A DNA stretch of 64,000 nt from an uncultured delta proteobacterium (GCA_963816395.1 CAWFKQ010000005.1:334156-398155); one strand, 5' to 3'; numbered from the stretch's first letter, positions 10,271 to 20,277 are shown. A program made the numbers and translations. Notes: generated by a model not told the origin, from the sequence alone.

Positions 10271-10377
10271 AGGGGGAAGCGGGGAGCAAAGGGGAAACCG
10301 AGGGGCGAGGGGCGAGGGACGCGGTACGCGAAAATATTTTGACCTTCGCGCACCGCGCACCGCGCACCGCGTCCCGG
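10271..10377. repeat. GC-rich heptad-periodic palindromic intergenic element, fills the methyltransferase-tlyA spacer
   Basis: gaggggc gaggggc gagggac gcggtac gcgaaaatattttgaccttcg cgcaccg cgcaccg cgcaccg cgtcccgg; same GGGACGCGGTACGCG / TTTTGACCTTCGCG / CGCGTCCC core. Confidence 0.8.
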
Positions 10378-10382
10378 ACCTT

Positions 10383-11092
10383 CTATTCCGCCTCCAGCGC
10401 GATCCCCACCGCCGTGTAGGGATAGCCGTGGAAACGGCGCATCTGCGGGTGAGGTGCGGCCAGTCGGCAGTGAGGTCGAGGGGACCGGTGAGGCGGAAAC
10501 CGGGGGCGGCCAGGACGATGCGGCGCAGCTGATCTTCGTCGAAAACGTTCCAGTCGACGCGGAAGGGTTCGCCCGGCCCCTGGTACCACATCTCCTCCCC
10601 CGCCTGCCGGCAGAAATCGGTGGTCAGCAGGAGACGACCGCCGGGGCGCAGGACCCGGTGCAGCTCCGCCAGCGCCAGCGGCATCCGCTCCCAGGGCAGA
10701 TGCTCGAGGACCGAGATGCAGAAGACGGCGGCAAAACGGCCGGAGGCGAAAGGCAGGGCGGCCAGATCGCCGCGGGCGTAATTGACCCGCACCCCGTGCA
10801 GGCGGTCGAGCCGTCCGGGAAGGTCCAGGTCGCAGGCGCTCACCGGGCAGCCGCAAGCGGCCAGATAGACCGGGAAGATGGAGGCGCCGCAGCCGGCATC
10901 GAGCACCTGGTCGCCAGGGCTGAGCGCCGCCTGCTCCAGTGCCCAGGGGTACTCCCAGCGTTTGCTGGGGTGCAGGTAGGAGACCGTTTCCCGCGCCGCC
11001 ATCGCGTCCATGGCCGCCGCGGTCCGCCGAAAAGGGGGAGACTCCAGCTCTGCCAGGTCCAGCACCCGACTGGGGGCCCTGTTTTCCCTCAT
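10383..11092 (-). CDS. Class I SAM-dependent methyltransferase, one apparent frameshift near the C-terminus; no stop separates it from the upstream GT9 frame
   Basis: MRENRAPSRVLDLAELE..VLDAGCGASIFPVYLAACG (motif I)..VFCISVLEHLP..LRPGGRLLLTTD. The last ~20 aa (..QMRRFHGYPYTAVGIALEAE) are in the 10383..11249 frame (change near 10455). Confidence 0.75.
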
Positions 11093-12199
11093 GATTTTTC
11101 TCCCGACCACAGGCTGTACCCCCTGGATACACCTCATTCTCGGCAACGCGTATGCCAATACTCCGGCGACTGCATCCCAGACCTGCGCCAGATCCACCTC
11201 GTCGATGCAGCTGCGTTTCCCGGCCAGACAACGCCCTTCCATCACGCATTTGGGCGGTCCGAAAGCCCTGGTCTTGCGCCAGGTGCAGCCGTCCCGGCCG
11301 CCGCAGGCGATCGCCGGCACCTGGCCGGGAAGATAGATCTGCGGGCTGGTGGGACCGAAAAGGGCGACCAGCGGCGTTCCCACCGCCGCCGCCAGGTGCA
11401 TGAGTCCGGTATCGTGGCCGAGGAACAGCCGGCAGCGTGCCAGCAGGGCAGCCACCCGCCGCAGGTGCAGGGGACCGACCGCGACCGCACGCTCCGGCCG
11501 GCGCAGCCGCCGCCGTATATCCTCACCGAACTGCCGCTGCGGGCCGGCGAACAGGAGGAGGGACTCGCCGTTTTCGATCAGCCGGTCGGCGAGAGCGGCG
11601 AAGCGGGCCACCGGCCAGCGTTTGAGCGGCGAGGAAGCGACCGGCGAGAACCCCACCGGCCGCCCCGCCAGGCCGTGGGTGCGCAGAAAGCCGGCAGCAA
11701 AAGAAATTTCCGCCGCCGCCAGTTCGAGGCGGGGAACGGCGGCGGCCGGGATGCTGATCCCCCAGCCGGCCTGGACGGCGGCGTTGATCGCCGCCAGTCC
11801 GTCCAGGCCGGTGGCCAGCGCCCGATCCTGCAGGTCGCTGCCGGCATCGAGGATAGTCGCCCGGCTGTCCCAGATCGCCGCCCCGGCCCCCATGACCGCA
11901 TGCGAAGGATCGAGGACCAGGTCGAATGCCTCCGCGGCGAACCATTCCCGGATGGCGGTCCTGATCGTCGGCGTGCCGTAATCCCCCCAGTGGCGAAAGC
12001 CCCAGTCCTGCACGCAGGACAACCGGTCGACCCGCCGATCGCCCGCCAGCAGTTCCAGGGCCGGCCGCGCGCCGAGAGCCGTGATCCGCGCCGCCGGAGC
12101 GGCGCTCCGCAAGACCCCCAGGACCGGCAGCTCCATCACCAGATCGCCGATACCGTAGCGCAGACAGAGCAGGATCTTGCGGGACGCGGAAAGGTTCAT
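11093..12199 (-). CDS. Glycosyltransferase family 9 (heptosyltransferase-like) protein or domain
   Basis: N-terminal part of the 650-aa ORF 10247..12199: MNLSASRKILLCLRYGIGDLVMELPVL.. and ..LFLGHDTGLMHLAAAVGTPLVALFGPTSP.. GT9 signature. Confidence 0.75.
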
Positions 12200-12254
12200 C
12201 AGGGAGGAAAATGCCGGAGCAAATGGGTTCCGGATCGCTGTGGCTGCCGCAGCC

Positions 12255-13460
12255 TCATCGCCGTTCCTCCGTGAACGAGGCCGGCAGTTCCGCTGCCTGC
12301 CGTCGCCCGCGATGCCGCAGCCAGCAATAACCAGGGATGGCGGCCAGGCCGCCGGCGATTTCCACCAGGATCAGTTCGAGAGGGAAATCCCGCGCTCGGC
12401 GCGTTAGCTGCCCGAAAAGCCGCTCACGCACCTGATAGGGGAAAAACCAGTTGGCGATCTCGGCCAGCGCCCGGCGCCGGTAGAGGGGATCGTCGCAGGC
12501 GACCTTCAGCAGGTAGGCGATGTAACCCCATCCCCACAGATAGAGACGCCGGCGCAGGGCGGCGTAGTCGCTGACGTGCCGATGGCGGACGGCCGCCGCC
12601 GGCTCGTAGGCCAGCTCGAAGCCGGCGCGCAGCACCCGGGAGAAGATCTCGATATCCTCGGCGGTGGGGAGGACTTCATCGAACGCGCCGATCACGGTAA
12701 ACAGCGAACGGCGGAATGCCATGTTGCCGCCGCTGCCGAACATCCAGGCCTGCAGCGGCCATGCAGGACATTGGGCAATGCCGGACAGGCGGCTGTGAAT
12801 GCGCCGCACGAATCCCCGGTTGAAGCCGCCGCGCTGTTCCAGCCATTCCTGCGCCGAGGTGTCGAGGGCGGCGGGGAGCACCGGCCCGGTGCAGCATCCG
12901 AGCCGCGGCCGAGCAAGGAAATTGCCGGCGAGGGCCCGCAGCCAGCAGGCGACCGGCAGGCAATCGTCATCGACGAAGGCCACGATCTCCCCTCGCGCCT
13001 CGGCCAGACCGCGGTTGCGGGCATAACGGACGCCGGGACGCGTCTCAGCGACATAACGGCATTGCGGGTACCGTTCCCGGACCAGGGCGGCGGCCGAGAG
13101 CCCGGGGTCGTTGTCCACCACGACGATTTCGAAACGGGGATGGTCCTGGTCCTTCAGGGCCTGCAGGCAGCGGTCCAGTTCGTCGGGGCGGCGGCAAGTG
13201 CAGACGACTACCGAAGCCAGGGGGAAAGTGCCCGGCACCGGCAACGGACACCCACCCTGCCCCTCCCCTTCCCCCAGCGTCCGACCGAGGGCGGCGGCCA
13301 GTTCCAGAGAGTCGATTCGACCAGAACTATTGCGGATCTCCCGGGTGCCGAGCGGTACGCCGCGACTCCAGAAGATGAGCAGAAGGCGGTCGCACTCGCC
13401 GATCTCGATGGTATCGGGCAACGGTTCGGCGAGGTCGAGGTCCAGGATGCGGGTGCTCAT
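12255..13460 (-). CDS. Glycosyltransferase family 2
   Basis: Intact 401 aa; ..ASVVVCTCRRPDELDRCLQALKDQDHPRFEIVVVDNDP.. and ..IVAFVDDDCLP.. (GT-A fold, DxD). Confidence 0.8.
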   Translation of the reverse strand: MSTRILDLDLAEPLPDTIEIGECDRLLLIFWSRGVPLGTREIRNSSGRIDSLELAAALGRTLGEGEGQGGCPLPVPGTFPLASVVVCTCRRPDELDRCLQALKDQDHPRFEIVVVDNDPGLSAAALVRERYPQCRYVAETRPGVRYARNRGLAEARGEIVAFVDDDCLPVACWLRALAGNFLARPRLGCCTGPVLPAALDTSAQEWLEQRGGFNRGFVRRIHSRLSGIAQCPAWPLQAWMFGSGGNMAFRRSLFTVIGAFDEVLPTAEDIEIFSRVLRAGFELAYEPAAAVRHRHVSDYAALRRRLYLWGWGYIAYLLKVACDDPLYRRRALAEIANWFFPYQVRERLFGQLTRRARDFPLELILVEIAGGLAAIPGYCWLRHRGRRQAAELPASFTEERR

Positions 13461-13469
13461 CGGTGCCGG

Positions 13470-14273
13470 TCAGGGGCGGCGGCAGCCGCCGCCGGTCGCG
13501 GCCTCGAATTCCGCCCGGTTCCAGGAGGCGCTGCAGGAGGGGTTCTCGGGATCGGGCTCGCAGAGGTAAACCTCGCGCCCCGGGCGGGCGGTCACCCGCA
13601 TGCCGCTCGAGCGCAGCATCGCTTCGGCCCCGGCATGGTTGGCGGCCCACCAGTTCGTCGGGTCATCGGCCAGCCGGTTTTCGATGAAGGCCATTTTCGG
13701 CCAACCGGGCTCGTTCATGGCGGAGCGTTCGAAAATCCCCAGGTCGGCAGTCTCGCAGACCTCCTCGCCCGGCATGGTCAGGGTCTGAAAGACCAGCAGG
13801 CGGCGCACCAGCCGGGAGACGATATCGAGTCCGAGCAGCGGGTAGCGCAGGTGGTAAAAGACCCCGAGAAAAAGGATCAGGTCGAAACTCTCCCGACAGG
13901 CGGCCAGTTCATAGACCTGCATCTGCCGAAACTCGATGCGGTTCTCCAGGCCGTACCGGCCGGCAGCCCAGCGAGCCTGAGCCAGGTAGTGGGGATTGCT
14001 GTCGATGGCGGTGACCCGGGCACCGCGCCGGGCCAGCTCGAAGCTGTAGAACCCGGCATTGCAGCCGATATCCAGGGCCTCCCAGCCATGCAGGTCAAGC
14101 GGCAGGTGGCAGGCGATCTCCTGCCATTTATAGGTGGGGAAATCGCCCAGCACATGATCGGGCGCGGTCTGACTGCCGTCCGGCAGGTGCAGGTTGTGGA
14201 ACCACGGCCGCAGGTCGCTGATGACCTGCTGAAAATCCGCACCGGCGGTACGGCTCTCGGATGATGATTGCAT
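13470..14273 (-). CDS. SAM-dependent methyltransferase (CmoB/TIGR04290-like pattern, from memory)
   Basis: Intact 267 aa; ..ALDIGCNAGFYSFELARRGARVTAIDSNP.. motif I; ..LILFLGVFYHLRYP.. Confidence 0.7.
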   Translation of the reverse strand: MQSSSESRTAGADFQQVISDLRPWFHNLHLPDGSQTAPDHVLGDFPTYKWQEIACHLPLDLHGWEALDIGCNAGFYSFELARRGARVTAIDSNPHYLAQARWAAGRYGLENRIEFRQMQVYELAACRESFDLILFLGVFYHLRYPLLGLDIVSRLVRRLLVFQTLTMPGEEVCETADLGIFERSAMNEPGWPKMAFIENRLADDPTNWWAANHAGAEAMLRSSGMRVTARPGREVYLCEPDPENPSCSASWNRAEFEAATGGGCRRP

Positions 14274-14290
14274 CGCGTGTCCTATGAGAT

Positions 14291-14379
14291 CAGTTATCAG
14301 CTGTCAGTTATCAGCTGCAAGCTAGAGCCACGAGCAGGTTCAAGGTTCAAGCTGCGAACTGCTAGCTGTGAGCTGATGG
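14291..14379. repeat. Heptad-periodic imperfect hairpin (CAGTTAT/CAGCTGT heptads), fills the phosphatase-methyltransferase spacer
   Basis: cagttat cagctgt cagttat cagctgc aagctag ... gctgcga actgcta gctgtga gctgatg gctag; arms partly complementary (atcagctgtcag vs ctgtgagctgat). Confidence 0.65.
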
Positions 14380-14992
14380 CTAGGCTTGGATCGGCAACCG
14401 GTCGCCGGTGTGGTTAAGGCAGAGCAGCCGCGGGCCGCTGTCGCGGATATCGAGGATGCTGACGGAGGCCAGACCGATCTCGAAGCGCAGCATCAGGTCC
14501 AGGGGGAAGCCGGCGTAATGGGCAATGGCCGTTTTGATCGGATCACCGTGGCTGAACAGCGCCAGGATGGACTTGGGGAATTCCCGGCGCATTGCTTCGA
14601 TCTCCGCCACCATGCGCGCCTGCACCTCGACCATCAGCTCGCCGCCGGGAATACGGGTGCCGCTGCGGAAGGTGTTGAACTGCCGCCAGCGGGGAATTTC
14701 CCCCAGCTCCTCGAAGGACATGCCGGCCCAGTCACCGAAGTCGACCTCGTGCAGCCCCTCACGGATCTCCACCTGCAGCCCGTGCCGCCGAGCCAGCGGC
14801 GCAGCGGTCTCCCGCGTCCGCTCCAGGGGACTGCTGAAAATAGCCGGCCAATGGCACCTCGGCGAGCCGCTCGGCAAGCCGTTCGGCCTGTTCGCTGCCC
14901 TGCTGGTTCAGGTGGATGCCGGCCGTCCGGCCGACGATCGTCCGGCCGACGGCATCGTTATGCCCATGGCGGATCAACAGGAAGAGGGGCAT
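14380..14992 (-). CDS. Histidine phosphatase family protein (phosphoglycerate-mutase-like), one apparent frameshift
   Basis: ATG 14992: MPLFLLIRHGHNDAV (RHG motif) .. then after a change near 14848 ..IFSSPLERTRETAAPLA..LFSHGDPIK.. Confidence 0.8.
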
Positions 14993-15924
14993 AAAATCTT
15001 CTCCGCAGGCGCTGCCCCGGCTGGCGGGACATCCGGCTCTGCCTCCGGCAGGACATAGCGGCGCACCACTTCCGCAGCGAACCAGGCGAACTCCCGCAAG
15101 TCGAGGGGCGGACTGGTATGGCAGGCGCGCCGGCCCCGCGAGGGCGGGGTGAAGCAGAGGGTCAGGGTGAGGTCGAACTCGCTCAACGCCGCCATCTGCC
15201 GATCGAACCAGGCCAGGGCGTTCGGCCGGTGCCAGTCGGCCCAACTGATGCCGGTACGCAGCTTTTTCACCCCCAGCCGCCGCAGCCATTGCACCGCGTC
15301 GGCCAGCCGGTGGTCCTCGAAATGAAACCACTGGCAAATCCCCATGGCCGGGTCGAAATGCCGCAGGGCCGGCTTCGGGGTGCCGTCGGCACGCACCAGC
15401 CCCATGTAGAAGTGCCGATAATAGGCGCTTCCCTCACTCTCCTTGTGCCGGGTGGTGGCGCCCCAGGCCGGCGGCAGGTCGAAGAGGCTGTACCAGAAGA
15501 TACGCTCGGTGCGCCCGAGCAGCAGCTCGGTGGTGCGCTGCAGGCCGAACACCTGGACTTCGTCGGCGCCGAAAGTGGAGACGCCCACCTCGGTGACCCA
15601 CACCGGCAGATGGGTGACCGCCTCGATCTCGGCGAGCTTGTCCGGCCATTCGTCAATCCGCCAGTGGTTCCAGTCCAGAGGAAAACCATGCACCGCCACC
15701 GCGTCCAGACGCTCGAGCAGACCGTAGCTGGCCAGCAGGCGGATAAACCGCTCGTCGATGGGGGAAATGCCGCCGAGCACCAGGTGCACTCCGGGGCATA
15801 ACTCCCGCACCGCCTCGGCCGCCAGACTCGTCATCTGACTGAATTCCCGCCATTCCTGATCCAGCTGGAAATCCCAGTGGGACAGGTTGTTCGGTTCATT
15901 CCAGAACTTGATTGCTTCGATCAT
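14974..15924 (-). CDS. Clan GH-A type (TIM-barrel) glycoside hydrolase family protein
   Basis: Intact 316 aa; MIEAIKFWNEPNN.. and ..VWVTEVGVSTFG.. (NEP / TEVG catalytic-type motifs). Confidence 0.6.
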   Translation of the reverse strand: MIEAIKFWNEPNNLSHWDFQLDQEWREFSQMTSLAAEAVRELCPGVHLVLGGISPIDERFIRLLASYGLLERLDAVAVHGFPLDWNHWRIDEWPDKLAEIEAVTHLPVWVTEVGVSTFGADEVQVFGLQRTTELLLGRTERIFWYSLFDLPPAWGATTRHKESEGSAYYRHFYMGLVRADGTPKPALRHFDPAMGICQWFHFEDHRLADAVQWLRRLGVKKLRTGISWADWHRPNALAWFDRQMAALSEFDLTLTLCFTPPSRGRRACHTSPPLDLREFAWFAAEVVRRYVLPEAEPDVPPAGAAPAEKILCPSSC

Positions 15925-18063
15925 GAAATAAATTCCCGGCAGAGATTAACCTTAATTCATCATGGACTCTAGCAGGGACCTTGCCGCTGTCAAGCGGTCC
16001 GCCCGGCAGCCAGACGGTGAACTCCGAACCGGCACCGGGGGAGCTCTTCACCTCGATCGTCCCGCCGTGCGCCTCGACGATGTGGCGGCACTGGTAGAGG
16101 CCGATGCCGAAGCCTTTTTTCTTGGTGGTCTCAAAGGGGCGGAACAGCCGCTTGCGAACGAATTCCTCGCTCATTCCACATCCCTGGTCGCGCACCCGGA
16201 AGAACACCCGGCCGTCCCCCCGCCCCCACCTCGACCTGCACCAGACGGCCGGAGCCGGCCTCCAGCGCATTGTGCAGCAGGTTGATGGCAACTTTCTGTA
16301 TCTCCTCCGGATCGAAGCTGGCCGCCGTCGGAACGCAACTCACCACGATGTTCCGGCTGCCGGCCAGCCGAGCGCTCTCCCGCACAACAGCGGCCAGGTC
16401 GCCGGGGACGATGGCGAGACTCGATTTTTCCTCCAGGTCCTGGAGGCGGGCGATGAGCCCGTTCATGCGGCTCACGTTAGCAGCCAGGGTCTGCAGCATA
16501 TCGGCGCGGAATTCCCGATCGTCCAGATTGTGGCGGGCGTTTTCGACCACCAGCGCGAGACTGGAGACGAGATTTTTCAGATCGTGCACTACGAAGGCGG
16601 AAACCTTGCCGATAGCGGCCAGTTCGCGGGAACTCGCCAACTGGTCGGCCAGGCGGACGCTGAGAATGGCGGAGGCGGCCTGGCCCGCCAGCAATCGCAT
16701 CAGGTCAAAATCTTCATAGGTGTATTTTTCCCGGCGGTTGATGGGGCGGCCGAGGACCAGGAAACCCTCCAGAATCCGATCGAAGTGCAACGGCACCACG
16801 AAAGAGACGCTGTAACGCTCCAGGAAGGAGTGATTCTCCGCCCAGATTTCGGGATTGTCGTCGCGGCGGGCAAAAATCCATCCCGGTTTCACGAAATAGC
16901 GTACCAGGGAGTTGTCGCGCGCGAGAGTCTCCCCGTGTGCCGGGGTGCCGTGGGCGGCGGCAGGCCGGTAGGCTTCCCCTTCCGGGTCGCGCAGGAACAG
17001 AAGAACCTCCTGCACGGCAAAGGTTTCGCCGTAGAAGGCGAGGATGGCCTGATGCAGTTCGTCCTGGCTGCGGGTGGCGGCCAGACGACGGGAGAAGCGC
17101 AGCCATTGATCGCGGTAATCGTACTTGTCCTGATAGAAATTCTTATGCAGGGAGACCTTGATTTTCCGCTGCACCGACTCCGAAAGCAGTACTGCCAGCA
17201 CGCCGATGCCGCCGATCACCCCGGCCAGCACCAGGAGCACCCGCTGGGATGCCGGGTTCAGCAGACGCATCCCCTCGCCGAGCAGCCCCAGGCCGATAAG
17301 GTAGCAGCCGACTGCCAGCACTACCACCGAGCGGAACACCAGGGTGCGGGAGATCTGGATGCGGGACTCTTCGCCCCGCCGCAGGCTGGAGAACGCCATC
17401 AACAGCACCGCCGCCGCCAGGGCGAAGGAACGCGCCGGCAGCAGGTTGAGATCGAGGCTGCGATGCAGCATCCCCTGACTGAAATAAACCAGATTCACCG
17501 AAAGCAGGGTACCGGCGCCAAGGACCTTGAATTTGACCCGCCAGCGGGCATGCCGGGGAAGAGAAACCAGGGTGCGCTCCAGCTGCATCAGGGCATAGGT
17601 CAGATAGACGAAGATGCCGATGCTGAAAAGAAATCCGGGCCGGCCAAGGAACAGCAGGTGCTCCTCGGCAAAATCGGGGGAGTAATAGAAGCGTTCGACC
17701 GGCAACAGGGCCGCAGCCAGAGGGAAAACCGAGGAAGCGAGCAAGGAACGATCCCGGCAGCCGGGAGATCTTTTTCAGGCCGTCGGCCCGGGAAAAGGTC
17801 AGGGAAAAAAAGAGCCAGGTGGCCGGCAGGAACGATGACGCCAGCAGCCCCCCTTTTTCCCAGGCGGTCCAGGCGGCCGGATACAGCCAGCCCAGGAGGT
17901 CGCAGATCTCCAGCGACAGGGCCGCCGACAACCCGGCCAGCAGCGCCCAGTGGGAGGGGCCCTTGCCCTTGGCGGTTGCCAGCAGGTAAAGGCAGTAAGC
18001 GGCAACGAGCAGAATGGCGATGGCGGAAACAGACGTTTGCAGCATTTCCCGGAAGCGGTCCAT
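15896..18063 (-). CDS. prsK: Membrane sensor histidine kinase resembling the PEP-CTERM-system kinase PrsK, two apparent frameshifts
   Basis: Multi-TM N-terminus (MDRFREMLQTSVSAIAILLVAAYCLYLL..), ..HKNFYQDKYDYRDQWLRFSRRL.., HisKA ..GKVSAFVVHDLKNLVSSL.., HATPase ..RVRDQGCGMSEEFVRKRLFRPFETTKKKGFGIGLY. Frames change near 17750 and 16220 (the latter in a C6/C5 run). No adjacent response regulator. Confidence 0.7.
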
Positions 18064-18291
18064 TTTGGCTGCAGCGGCAACCGCCGGAGCAGCACAGCGA
18101 CGACAGACTTGTGATATCGGAGTTTAATTAATTAATATTTATATCGCAGAACCCGGACTTTGGCAAATGAGAGCGGGCCGGCCCCTGGCGAGGCGGTTCC
18201 CTGGTCCCAGGACAGCACTGGCATCCTGGGCCGTTGCAGTTATGCTTGCAGGAAAAGGACGGCCCGCCTCGGCGGGCAATGGAGGCACACA

Positions 18292-19255
18292 ATGAAAGCG
18301 ATTCGGGTAGAGGAATTCGGTGGTCCGGAGGTGATGCGAATCCAGGAGGTTCCCGACTTGCGGCCGGGCCACGGGGAGATGGTGGTGCGGGTAAGGGCGG
18401 CGGGGATCAACCCGGTGGACACCTATATCCGCGTCGGGGAGTTATGCCCGCAAGCCCCCCCTCCCCTACACCCCCGGGCAGGACGCGGCGGGAACCGTGG
18501 AGGAGGTCGGCGAAGGGGTCGGTCATCTGCGCAAAGGGGATCGGGTCTACGTTGCGGGGAGCCTCAGCGGCACCTATGCCGAGCTGGTGCTCTGCCGGCA
18601 GGAGCAGGTGCACCCGCTGCCGGAGCGGGTTTCCTTCGCCCAGGGGGCGGGAATCGGCACCCCCTACGGCACCGCCTGGTACGCCCTGTTTTTCCGGGCG
18701 CACGCCCTGCCGGGGGAATTCGTCCTGGTGCACGGAGCGAGCGGCGGCGTGGGAACCGCTGGCGTGCAGATCGCCCGGGCCGCCGGCCTGCAGGTGATCG
18801 GCACCGCCGGCAGCGACCGCGGGAGGGAACTGGTCCTGGCCCAGGGCGCCTACCACGTCCTCGACCACCAGCAGCAGGGTTACCTGGAGGCCATTCCCCG
18901 CCTCACCTGCGGGCACGGCGCCGATGTGGTGCTGGAGATGCTGGCCAATGTCAATCTCGGGCGAGACCTGCAGATCCTCGCCCCCGGGGGGCGGGTGGTG
19001 GTGATCGGCAGCCGCGGCACCGTGGAAATCGATCCCCGCGAGGCGATGGGGAGGAATGCCGCCATCCTCGGCATGGTGCTGTTCAACGCCACCGAAAGCG
19101 AGCAGCGCACCCTGCACGCCGCCCTCGTCGCCGGCCTGGAGAACGGCACCCTGAACCCGGTGGTCGGCCGGGAGCTGCCCCTGGCGGAAGCCGCCCGGGG
19201 GCATGAGCAAGTAATGGCGTCAGGGTCGTACGGCAAGATCATCCTGGTGCCGTAG
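18292..19255 (+). CDS. qor: NADPH:quinone oxidoreductase (zeta-crystallin / MDR family), one apparent frameshift
   Basis: GGAGG then ATG 18292: MKAIRVEEFGGPEVMRIQEVPDLRPGHGEMVVRVRAAGINPVDTYIR.. After a change near 18443 it continues ..YARKPPLPYTPGQDAAGTVEEVGEGV..VLVHGASGGVGTAGVQIA..GSYGKIILVP. Confidence 0.85.
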
Positions 19256-19284
19256 ACAGGACGGCTCAGTGGGGGAGAAATCGG

Positions 19285-20190
19285 TCAGGCGATGGCGGCG
19301 CCCTGGACGGCCAGCCGGCCGGAGCGGCCGGGGATGGTCGCCATGACGACCTCGTGCACCGGCAGCGCTTCATCGCGCAGGGTGCGGTGCAGGCCGGAGA
19401 GGGAGACCAGCTCGTCTCCCCTTTCCCGCCAGCCCTGCAGAAGTTCCTCGAAGAAGGGAAGATAGCGCATCCCCTCCAGTTCGGCATGCAGGGTGTAGAC
19501 GTGGCCGTGCGGCGCCGGACGGCTGCTGAGCTGCAGCAGGTGAGCGGCCAGGCCGGCTTCCGTCAGGCCGCCGGTGCCGAGCAGTTCGTCCAGAGTGGGG
19601 AGGGTGGTGGGGAGTTGCGGGCAGGAGAAGACCGTCCCGCCCATGGCCGGCAGGAAGGGATGGCTGCCGCGGGTGTCGCTGCAGCAGGCAAGGCCCATGG
19701 CGTCCTGCAGGCGCAGCGCCGCGGCGCTGGTCTGCCATCCCGGAGCGCCGCAGGTGCGGGAGGGAGCGGCGAAGATCTCCCGGAAGCGGTCGGCGGCCAG
19801 GGTCAGTTCGCGCCGCGTCCACTCGTAGTCCCTGGCGGTCACCTGATCCTGCCAGCGGACATGGTCCCAGCAGTGAATGCCGACCTCAAAGCCGGCATCC
19901 CGCACCTGCCGCATGATCCCGGCGCATTTGCGGCCGATGTCCGGACCGGGCAGCAATGTGCCATAACAGAGGGTTTTCCAGCCGTAGTTGGCCCCGACGC
20001 TGGTCCGCGCCACCTTGCGCAGGAAACCGCGGCGGAAAATCCGGCGGATGGAGCGGCCGGTATGGTCGGGGCCGAGACTGAACAGGAAGGTGGCCTGGGC
20101 GCCGCAGCGCCGCAGCGCCGCCGCCAGCGCCGGCACCCCCTGGAGGGTGCCGCGGTAAGTGTCGACGTCGATTTTCAGAGCGATCTGCAT
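19285..20190 (-). CDS. arnD: 4-deoxy-4-formamido-L-arabinose-phosphoundecaprenol deformylase ArnD (NodB-type polysaccharide deacetylase)
   Basis: Intact 301 aa; MQIALKIDVDTYRGTLQGVPAL..ATFLFSLGPDHTGR..GIHCWDHVRWQD..; last gene of the arn cluster. Confidence 0.8.
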   Translation of the reverse strand: MQIALKIDVDTYRGTLQGVPALAAALRRCGAQATFLFSLGPDHTGRSIRRIFRRGFLRKVARTSVGANYGWKTLCYGTLLPGPDIGRKCAGIMRQVRDAGFEVGIHCWDHVRWQDQVTARDYEWTRRELTLAADRFREIFAAPSRTCGAPGWQTSAAALRLQDAMGLACCSDTRGSHPFLPAMGGTVFSCPQLPTTLPTLDELLGTGGLTEAGLAAHLLQLSSRPAPHGHVYTLHAELEGMRYLPFFEELLQGWRERGDELVSLSGLHRTLRDEALPVHEVVMATIPGRSGRLAVQGAAIA

Positions 20191-20196
20191 AGAAAC

Positions 20197-20275
20197 CAGT
20201 TAGAGCTTTCAGTTATCAGTTAGCAGTTTTCAGTTTTTTCAGCCTTCCACTGATAGCTGCTAACTGAAAACTTGT
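20197..20275. repeat. Heptad-periodic imperfect hairpin (CAGTTAT/CAGTTAG/CAGTTTT heptads), fills the arnA-arnD spacer
   Basis: ccagtta gagcttt cagttat cagttag cagtttt cagtttt ttcagccttccactgatagctgctaactgaaaac; tcagttagcag pairs with ctgctaactga. Confidence 0.7.
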
Positions 20276-20277
20276 TG

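Noticed and set aside
10454-18131. Plus-strand ORFs 10454..12274, 12576..14264 and 16104..18131 (562-675 aa)
   Set aside because: All are antisense shadows of the glycosyltransferase, methyltransferase and kinase genes. None has recognisable motifs.
18123-18144. TTAATTAATTAA as an engineered three-frame stop / PacI cassette
   Set aside because: Nothing else nearby looks like vector or cassette sequence. A natural AT-rich promoter or bending element is the simpler reading.
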